Below, one piece after another: positions 6,798 through 12,421 of a DNA stretch of 12,421 nucleotides; the first letter of the stretch is position 1; each line of letters opens with the position of its first letter. The position numbers and the translations under genes were made by a program. The stretch is from Verrucomicrobiota bacterium (lineage in GTDB: Bacteria > Verrucomicrobiota > Verrucomicrobiia > Limisphaerales > CANJSG01), in contig JBBQXJ010000107.1 in NCBI GenBank assembly GCA_038209745.1, positions 1 to 12,421 of the forward strand, written 5' to 3'. Under the pieces are notes generated by a model. That model did no database searches. It was not told where the DNA came from and worked only from the letters and a program-made list of their open reading frames with translations.

Positions 6798-7421
6798 TCA
6801 CCGCCCGAAGGCCGTGGACAGGAACCTCCGGAAGAGCGCCACTTCCTCGGGCAGGATCGTGTGGTCCTTCGGCCATTCCTTCCAGGTCACGTCCACTCCC
6901 GCGATGCGCAGCAGGTTCATCTGTTCGCGGACCGGGGCACAGGGGATCAGCGGATCGTGCAAGCCGTGAGAGACAAGGACGCTCTGGCCCTTGGCCGCCG
7001 GCGGAAGCTCGGCCACCAGCTTCTCCAGGTCGCTGACGTAGCCGCTGACGCCGATGAGCGCCGCGAGCCGATGCGGATAGCGGAGTCCCGTTTCCAAAGT
7101 CATCAGACAGCCCTGCGAAAAGCCGAAGAGCGCCGTCCGTTCCGGCTTGAACCCCTTCGCCGGCAGCTCGTCCAGCAACTCCGTCAGCAACGCCCGGCTG
7201 CGTTCGATGCCCGGTGCAGCCTCCCCGGGATACGGATACCAAGAATAGCCGCCATAGTAGGCGTCCGGCCCATTCACGAGCAGGCAGTTCAGCCAGTTGA
7301 GCCCCAGTGCGGGGGCCATCCATCGATAGCCCTCCATGCTGTCGCCCAGTCCGTGCAGCACGACGAGAAGGTCCCGGCTGGCAGGATCGGCGGAGGGGAC
7401 GAGTTCGGTATGCAACGACAT
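6798..7421 (-). CDS. Phospholipase/carboxylesterase family alpha/beta hydrolase (abhydrolase_2 / acyl-protein-thioesterase-like), 207 aa
   Basis: ATG at 7421: MSLHTELVP. Oxyanion VVLHGLGDS, nucleophile GFSQG, HGLHDPLIP (Asp), WPKDHTI (His). Confidence 0.92.
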   Translation of the reverse strand: MSLHTELVPSADPASRDLLVVLHGLGDSMEGYRWMAPALGLNWLNCLLVNGPDAYYGGYSWYPYPGEAAPGIERSRALLTELLDELPAKGFKPERTALFGFSQGCLMTLETGLRYPHRLAALIGVSGYVSDLEKLVAELPPAAKGQSVLVSHGLHDPLIPCAPVREQMNLLRIAGVDVTWKEWPKDHTILPEEVALFRRFLSTAFGR

Positions 7422-7470
7422 GACGATGTCCTGCGCGACCCGGACCGTGGGGTCAAGACGGCAACCGACG

Positions 7471-7560
7471 GGAAATCCGAGGGACGAAGGCCAAAATCCG
7501 AAAACCCCCGGCCCCCTCTTGGTTCGTGCTTCATTCGGCCTTTGGCCTTCTGGTTTCATC
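7471..7560. repeat. Imperfect inverted repeat of low-complexity units in the divergent esterase/GT9 intergenic region
   Basis: GAAGGCCAAA (7486-7495) is the exact reverse complement of TTTGGCCTTC (7541-7550). AAATCCGA occurs twice in the left arm; TTCGGCC-TTTGGCC-TTCTGGT are in 7-nt phase in the right arm. Confidence 0.5.
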
Positions 7561-7621
7561 ATTTTTTTGTCGCGCCACTTTTTCCTTCGCCCCTCGCCCG
7601 CCCCCGTCTACACACAGCCCC

Positions 7622-8680
7622 GTGCCCGATCCGGTCTCCGGTTTCCATCTGCTCACCCGCTCGGCGAAGAAAATCGTCGTGGTGGATCTCGGCTTTCTTG
7701 GCGATTCCATCCACACGGTCCCGGCGCTCCATGTGCTGAAGCGCAGCCATCCGGACTCCGACCTTCACGTCGTCACGTCCGTGTTGGGAGCGGATGTCCT
7801 AGGGTTGGCCCCGTGTGTGGACCGGGTCTGGCCGGTCGAACTCCATCCCCAGCGGCGCCGATTGAAGGACCAGTTCGACATCATCCGGATGCTGCGCCAG
7901 GAACGCTTCGATCTCGCCGTGAACTTCTCCGGCGCGGATCGCACGGTCGTCTGGACCGCCGCCACCGGAGCCGAGCACCGACTGGCCCACGAAGCCGGCC
8001 GTCACCATTTCTGGAACCGCTGGTTCATCGACACCTGGGTACCGAAGCAGTCGCGCGAACTGCCGGTCTACGAACAGCGCCGCCAGGTGCTCGCCGCCGC
8101 CGGCTACCGGCTCGGTCCGGTGGAGTTCGGCCTCGAAGTGCCGGAAGACGCCGCGAAGTGGGCCGAAAACCGGGTGATGAAGGGCTCCGTCCATCTCTCC
8201 ATCAACGCCAGCTCTCCCTTCAAGGAATGGCCGCTGCCCCGCTGGGCCGAGCTCTGCCGTCTCCTGTTGAAGGACCCGGAGCTGCATCTGGTCGCGACCT
8301 GCGGACCGGCGGAGCGCGAACGGGAACGCCTCGTCCATCTCGCCGAAGCCGTCGGCAACGATCGTCTCGTCGCCCTGAACAAGGATCTCACCATCGCCCG
8401 TCTCGCCGCCGTGATCGGCCGCTGCGCCGTCCATGTGGGCGCCGATTCGGGGGTGACCCATCTGGCCTATGCGCTCGGCATTCCGACCGTCTCCGTCTTC
8501 CGCGACTACGCCGGTCTGAAGGAATGGGCTCCGCGCGGACGGAACCATTGGCATCTCACCGCGAACTGCGAATGCGAGTTCAAGGTCCAGCCCGCCTGCA
8601 CCATGGCCGGAGAGGCCCGCTGTCTCGCCACCATCCCTCCTGAAGCCGTCGCCAACCTCGTGAGCAACTGCCTCGGATAA
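7622..8680 (+). CDS. Glycosyltransferase family 9 (ADP-heptose:LPS heptosyltransferase-like), about 352 aa; GTG start uncertain
   Basis: KIVVVDLGFLGDSIHTVPALHVLKRSHP, LRQERFDLAVNF, FKEWPLPRWAEL, LTIARLAAVIGRCAVHVGADSGVTHLAYALGIPTVSVF are GT9 hallmark segments. Confidence 0.9.
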   Translation: MPDPVSGFHLLTRSAKKIVVVDLGFLGDSIHTVPALHVLKRSHPDSDLHVVTSVLGADVLGLAPCVDRVWPVELHPQRRRLKDQFDIIRMLRQERFDLAVNFSGADRTVVWTAATGAEHRLAHEAGRHHFWNRWFIDTWVPKQSRELPVYEQRRQVLAAAGYRLGPVEFGLEVPEDAAKWAENRVMKGSVHLSINASSPFKEWPLPRWAELCRLLLKDPELHLVATCGPAERERERLVHLAEAVGNDRLVALNKDLTIARLAAVIGRCAVHVGADSGVTHLAYALGIPTVSVFRDYAGLKEWAPRGRNHWHLTANCECEFKVQPACTMAGEARCLATIPPEAVANLVSNCLG

Positions 8681-8705
8681 TGGCGCCCCCGGCGCGCATC
8701 CCAAC

Positions 8706-10019
8706 GTGACCTATCCGGAAGCCATCCAGTTCCTCCAGGAGCTCCAGCTTTTCGGGGCGCGCTTCGGCCTGGAGACCATCCGCCATCTAGCCGAAATGGC
8801 CGGCCATCCCGAACGCGGACTCCGCTTCATCCACGCCGCCGGCACCAATGGCAAAGGCTCCGTCTGCGCCCTGCTGGAAAGCGTCTACCGCGCGTCCGGC
8901 CTCCGCGTTGGCCTCTTCACTTCGCCGCATCTCGTCTCTTTCACCGAACGCATCCAGATCGACCGCCACAGCATCTCCGAAGCCGGGGTCGCTCGGCTGA
9001 CGGAACAGATGCGCCCTTGGCTGAAGTCCTTTCCCAAGGGCGAGGAACCGACCTTCTTCGAGGCGGTCACGCTGATGGCGCTGCTCTGCTTCGCGAAGGA
9101 GAAGGTGGATCTCGTCGTTTGGGAAACCGGACTCGGCGGCCGGCTCGACGCCACCAATATCGTCACGCCTCTCGCCTCCGTCATCACCACCATCGGCCGC
9201 GACCACGAAGCCTGGCTTGGCGACAGCCCGGCCAAGATCGCCGCCGAAAAGGCCGGCATCATCAAACCCGGCATCCCCGTGATTACCGGCGTCACCGAGG
9301 CCGAACCACTCGCGGTCATCCGCCGAATCGCCGCCGAACGCGGCAGCGAACTGATCGCCGTAGGCCGGGCCTCCCTGCCCGCCAAGTCCGAGTCGGTGAT
9401 CGGAGCTCCGTCATCCGTCATCCGTCATCGGTCATCGAGCCTCCTCGGCCTCCACCAACAGCAGAACACCGCCGTCGCCCTCGCCACCATCGAACGCCTT
9501 CAAACCCAGCTCCCCGTCTCGGCTGATGACGTTCTTCGTGGACTCGAAACCGTCTCGTGGCCCGGTCGCCTGCAGCTCGTGCCCCGCGGCGACCAAACCC
9601 TCCTGCTCGACGGCGCCCACAATCCCGACGGCATCCAGGCCCTCTGCGCCACGTTGCGAAGCGACTTTGCCGACCGCCGACCCGCCGTGGTCTTCGGTGC
9701 CATGGCCGACAAAGATCTCGTCGAGCTCGCGCGCCTGCTCGGGCCAGTGGTGGGCTCGCTCTGCCTGACCCGCTTCGCCTCCGAACGCGCCGCCTCGACC
9801 GAGGCGCTGGCCGCCGCCTTCCGCACCGCCGGCTTCACTCGCCCGATTCTCGAGGCCCAATCCACCGCCGAAGCTTTGGCCCTCACCGTCGGCGAACCCT
9901 TCGTCGTCCTCACCGGCTCCCTCTACTTCGTGGGCGAAGCGCTGGAGCAACTCGGCTTGATGAAGAATCCGGGAGCAGACGAGAAGTCGCTGAACAACTG
10001 GCAGCCAAAGGGCCAGTAG
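8706..10019 (+). CDS. folC: Bifunctional folylpolyglutamate synthase/dihydrofolate synthase, 437 aa
   Basis: HAAGTNGKGS P-loop, FTSPHL..FTERI, TFFE, ETGLGGRLDATN, DHEAWLG, EKAGIIK, WPGRLQ, LDGAHN, TGSLYFVG. GTG start 25 nt after the GT9 stop. Confidence 0.97.
   Translation: MTYPEAIQFLQELQLFGARFGLETIRHLAEMAGHPERGLRFIHAAGTNGKGSVCALLESVYRASGLRVGLFTSPHLVSFTERIQIDRHSISEAGVARLTEQMRPWLKSFPKGEEPTFFEAVTLMALLCFAKEKVDLVVWETGLGGRLDATNIVTPLASVITTIGRDHEAWLGDSPAKIAAEKAGIIKPGIPVITGVTEAEPLAVIRRIAAERGSELIAVGRASLPAKSESVIGAPSSVIRHRSSSLLGLHQQQNTAVALATIERLQTQLPVSADDVLRGLETVSWPGRLQLVPRGDQTLLLDGAHNPDGIQALCATLRSDFADRRPAVVFGAMADKDLVELARLLGPVVGSLCLTRFASERAASTEALAAAFRTAGFTRPILEAQSTAEALALTVGEPFVVLTGSLYFVGEALEQLGLMKNPGADEKSLNNWQPKGQ
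9360..9434 (+). repeat. REP-like palindrome plus six tandem heptamers embedded in folC
   Basis: GTAG-GCCGGGC-CTCCCT-GCCCGCC (9360-9383), then TCGGTGA TCGGAGC TCCGTCA TCCGTCA TCCGTCA TCGGTCA (9393-9434, 42 nt). Confidence 0.75.
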
Positions 10020-10037
10020 CGGCGGGCGTCCCGCCTG
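10016..10037 (+). repeat. GTAG-type REP-like palindrome overlapping the folC stop codon
   Basis: GTAG-C-GGCGGG-CGT-CCCGCC-TG. The TAG of GTAG is the folC stop. Confidence 0.65.
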
Positions 10038-10081
10038 TAATGTATTGGGGAGATTGCTGGGCTTTTTGGACAAGCCCGAAA

Positions 10082-10103
10082 AATTGGCTACAGATTGGAA
10101 ACA
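10082..10103 (+). promoter_or_regulatory. Tandem 11-bp imperfect direct repeat; candidate integrase arm-type sites overlapping a possible integrase promoter
   Basis: AATTGGCTACA GATTGGAAACA (ATTGGnnACA twice) ends 8 nt before the integrase ATG. A weak sigma70-like TTGGAC-17nt-TACAGA spans 10066-10094. Confidence 0.45.
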
Positions 10104-10111
10104 AAATCGCC

Positions 10112-11383
10112 ATGAACCCTAATCGAAAACCGCAGGTGGTCCGCCGGGGCAGCGTGGCGGTCAAAATCTACACGGTGAACAACCGCTCGGGCGGGGTGGA
10201 CTACCGGCAGTTCGTGCTGGCCTACCGGAACCCGGAGGGCAAACGGGTCACGCGGAAGTTCAGCGACGGCGAAGAGGCGCGAACGGAGGCGGAACTGGCC
10301 GCAACGAAGCTGGCTTCGGGCGAAGCGGACGTGTTGACGCTCTCCAGCCTGGAGCGTGGGCAATACCTCCGGGCCAAGCCGATTCTGGAGGAGCTGGGGG
10401 TGCCGCTGCTGGCGGCCATCGAGGACTACGCCGCCGCCCGCAAGCTGCTGCCCAAGGACGTGTCCCTGCTGACGGCGATGGAGGCGTTCCGCATCCGGCA
10501 TTCGGTCGGCGACCGCACTTTGACGGTCGCCGAGGCGGTCGGGCGGTATGTGGAGGACCGCCGGAAGGCGGGCTGCACGGAGGTCCATCTGCGGCAGTTG
10601 CCGCACCAGCTGAACCCGCTGGGCGCCATGTTCCGGATGCCGCTGGCGGATCTGTCTCCCGCCCGGCTCAAGGAGTTCCTGGAGATCCAGCGGACGCGGG
10701 GCGGCCTGGTGCGGTCCCGGCGGACGCAGCGGAACACGTTCAAGGCCGCCCGCGCGTTCCTGCGGTTCGCGGTGAAGCAGAAATGGGTCTCGCACGAATG
10801 GAAGGAGGATCTGGAGGCGATGGAGCTGCCGGGACAGGATCTGGGTACCATCGCGGTGTTCACGCCCGCCGAACTGGCGCGGTTGTTGGAGACGGCGGCG
10901 GAACACGTGCCGGACCTGCTGCCCTATCTGCTTCTCGGGGCGTTTGCCGGACTGAGGACGGCGGAGCTGCACCGGCTGGACTGGGCGCATCTGGATTTCG
11001 GGGAAGGCTATGTGGAGGTCACGGCGCGGAACGCCAAGGTGAAAGGCCGGCGGCGCCTGGTGCCGATGGGCGACACCTTGCGGGACTGGCTGAAACCCTT
11101 GGCGAAGGAGCATGGCCAGGTTTTGTCCGGCCCGTCCCGGCTCGGTTGGCTGCGCCACCGGCTGGTGGCGCGGTCGGGCGTGGCGTGGAAGCCGAACGGG
11201 CTGCGGCATTCCTTCATCTCCTACCGCTGCGCGGTGACGAAGAACGTGGCGCAGGTGGCCTACGAGGCGGGCAACTCTCCTTCCATCATCCACACCCACT
11301 ACCTGAACTTCCGCAAGGAGACGGAAGCCGTGGCGTGGTTCAATCTCCGGCCTTCGTCCCGATGCGAAAACGTCGCGGCATGA
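10112..11383 (+). CDS. Tyrosine recombinase / phage-integrase family protein, 423 aa
   Basis: 3' part of listed ORF 9557..11383, ATG at 10112. N-terminal arm-binding-like region (FVLAYRNPEGKRVTRKFSD) and core-binding region. Catalytic motifs FAGLRTAELHRLDW (R), NAKVK (K), NGLRHSFISY (R), AGNS, IIHTHY (Y). Confidence 0.93.
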   Translation: MNPNRKPQVVRRGSVAVKIYTVNNRSGGVDYRQFVLAYRNPEGKRVTRKFSDGEEARTEAELAATKLASGEADVLTLSSLERGQYLRAKPILEELGVPLLAAIEDYAAARKLLPKDVSLLTAMEAFRIRHSVGDRTLTVAEAVGRYVEDRRKAGCTEVHLRQLPHQLNPLGAMFRMPLADLSPARLKEFLEIQRTRGGLVRSRRTQRNTFKAARAFLRFAVKQKWVSHEWKEDLEAMELPGQDLGTIAVFTPAELARLLETAAEHVPDLLPYLLLGAFAGLRTAELHRLDWAHLDFGEGYVEVTARNAKVKGRRRLVPMGDTLRDWLKPLAKEHGQVLSGPSRLGWLRHRLVARSGVAWKPNGLRHSFISYRCAVTKNVAQVAYEAGNSPSIIHTHYLNFRKETEAVAWFNLRPSSRCENVAA

Positions 11384-11506
11384 GGCGCTGGCGTTCCTTG
11401 GCCGAGGTGATAGCTTCTAGGGTGCTTGGGCGGACGGCACGTTTCCTCAGCGACCATCCCCTGGTCCACCTCCTTGGCGTCCGCCGCCCAGGCACCACAA
11501 GTGGCC

Positions 11507-11722
11507 TCAGTTTCCGGAACGATCCCCGATGCGGAACCGTTCGAGCGCCTTGAGGACATCGGGCCAGTGGAAGAGGACGGAGCGGCCGACCTTGATGTAG
11601 GGCAGATAGCGGCGGCGCATCCAGAGTTCGATGCAGCGCGGGGTTTTGTGGAGGCGGGCGGCCAGTTCCTTTTTGGTGATGAGTTCGGCGTCGTTCGCCG
11701 TGGTGGGAGGTTCGGTGATCAT
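11507..11722 (-). CDS. Excisionase-like small helix-turn-helix DNA-binding protein (HTH_17/MerR-like), 71 aa
   Basis: LITKKELAARLHKTPRCIELWMRRRYLPYIKVGRSVLFHWPDVLKAL matches the Xis-type winged HTH pattern; adjacent and convergent to the integrase. Confidence 0.85.
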   Translation of the reverse strand: MITEPPTTANDAELITKKELAARLHKTPRCIELWMRRRYLPYIKVGRSVLFHWPDVLKALERFRIGDRSGN

Positions 11723-11751
11723 GCGGCTCTCAGGTTCTGCATCGGGCAGGA

Positions 11752-12420
11752 TCAGCGCTGCCGGCTTCTGGCGGGTAACTGCAAGGCGGGTGAAAGGTTC
11801 GCGGACCCGTTTGAGATCGCAGGCATCTGAAGGAGCGCAGTGGCGTCCAGAAGAGATTGTCGCGTGGCCCTGGCAAAAGCCCCTCCCCGCTCGATCAAGT
11901 CGCGCTGGAGCGACGTGGCGGCCTCCAGCGCCTGGGTTTCGAGACGTTGGCGTTCTTCACCCGGCAACGAAGCCCAGAACTGGGCGATGGCTTCGGACTG
12001 GGATTGCTCCAGGACTTCCCTTTGCTCGGAAGCGATTCGACGTTTCTCGTCTTCCCGCTGCTTCCGTTCCTCGGCCCGCGCTCGGGTCTGCTCTTTCTCG
12101 GCCTGTCCTTTGAACCCCTTGGGGGCGGCGTAGTCGCCCTGGATGGAGCTGACGAGGAAGCCGGGGGCGTTGCGGGAGACCTTTGGGTCACGGTGGGACA
12201 CCAGCCAGTCGAAGACCTCCAGGTGCCGTTGGATCGTCTCCTCGCGGTGGGCGGTCAACAGACGCTCCGCCGAGGTTGGACTGACGCCTCGTTCCAACAA
12301 AGCCCGACGTAGCGGCGCCTCCTCCTCAGTGGGAGTTGCGACCGTCGCAGCAGCCCTCCCCTTTTCAAAGACCACGCGCCATTGACCCGAGGACACCTTG
12401 GAAAACCGTTCCGAGTCCGC
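11752..12420 (-). CDS. 3' part of a probable replication initiator protein A (plasmid RepA/RPA-type); 5' end lies outside the window
   Basis: Frame is open to the window edge (ADSERFSKVSSGQWRVVFEK...). LLERGVSPTSAERLL...IQRHLEVFDWL...RNAPGFLVSSIQGDYAAPKGF followed by a charged coiled coil resembles the C-terminal region of PVC-type replication initiator A proteins as I recall them. The diagnostic N-terminal domain is not visible. Confidence 0.6.
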   Translation of the reverse strand, partial: ADSERFSKVSSGQWRVVFEKGRAAATVATPTEEEAPLRRALLERGVSPTSAERLLTAHREETIQRHLEVFDWLVSHRDPKVSRNAPGFLVSSIQGDYAAPKGFKGQAEKEQTRARAEERKQREDEKRRIASEQREVLEQSQSEAIAQFWASLPGEERQRLETQALEAATSLQRDLIERGGAFARATRQSLLDATALLQMPAISNGSANLSPALQLPARSRQR

Positions 12421-12421
12421 C

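Larger units (their letters stand above)
10036..12421. mobile_element. End of an integrative element (integrated plasmid/IME/ICE-like island); continues beyond the window
   Basis: Abrupt AT-richer tract after folC, then tyrosine integrase, convergent excisionase-like HTH gene and RepA-like gene. The + strand switches from C-rich to G-rich. Left boundary is approximate. Confidence 0.8.

Noticed and set aside
6798..8680. Extended starts for the esterase (7562) and GT9 (7526)
   Set aside because: The extensions would overlap each other head-to-head and run through low-complexity repeat DNA. Family similarity begins near 7421 and 7622-7670 respectively.
381..8680. Esterase and GT9 as tailoring genes of the KS cluster
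   Set aside because: They are separated from it by a terminator, mdh, an IS remnant and the EEP gene, and are in separate transcription units. Nothing in the sequence links them.
5412..8704. ORFs 5412..6653, 5582..6502, 6861..7739, 7336..8643 and 7799..8704
   Set aside because: All overlap the well-supported EEP, esterase or GT9 genes on the opposite strand or in another frame and lack recognisable motifs.
9393..9434. CRISPR-like or protein-repeat interpretation of the tandem units
   Set aside because: The units are 7 nt with no spacers, and the 7-nt period does not give a repeated peptide. No cas genes are present.
10020..10111. tRNA or tmRNA fragment as the integration site
   Set aside because: No T-loop GTTCGA/GTTCAA stem or CCA end is recognisable on either strand.
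9557..11383. 608-aa integrase with a long N-terminal extension overlapping folC
   Set aside because: The extension is an alternative frame of folC, rich in Arg/Pro. Integrase-like sequence starts at ATG 10112.

Overview
GC-rich bacterial chromosomal window. The gene set, REP-like palindromes and integrase type suggest a PVC-superphylum organism, most likely Verrucomicrobiota (inference). Left to right: (1) a four-gene minus-strand type II FAS/PKS-like unit (intact FabF-type ketosynthase, catalytically dead KS/chain-length-factor-like partner, FabG-type reductase, ACP); (2) malate dehydrogenase with an intrinsic terminator; (3) a 536-bp segment with CAGGGT termini that reads as an internally deleted DUF4338/ISAs1-type insertion sequence; (4) an exported EEP-family nuclease/phosphatase, an orphan 32-codon gene tail, a GFSQG alpha/beta esterase, a GT9 glycosyltransferase, and folC carrying an in-frame repeat insertion; (5) from about 10037, one end of an integrative element (tyrosine integrase, convergent excisionase-like HTH gene, 3' part of a probable RepA-type replication initiator) that appears to have inserted at a REP-like palindrome rather than a tRNA. 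No rRNA, tRNA or CRISPR array was seen. All family assignments come from reading motifs and from recall, not from database searches.
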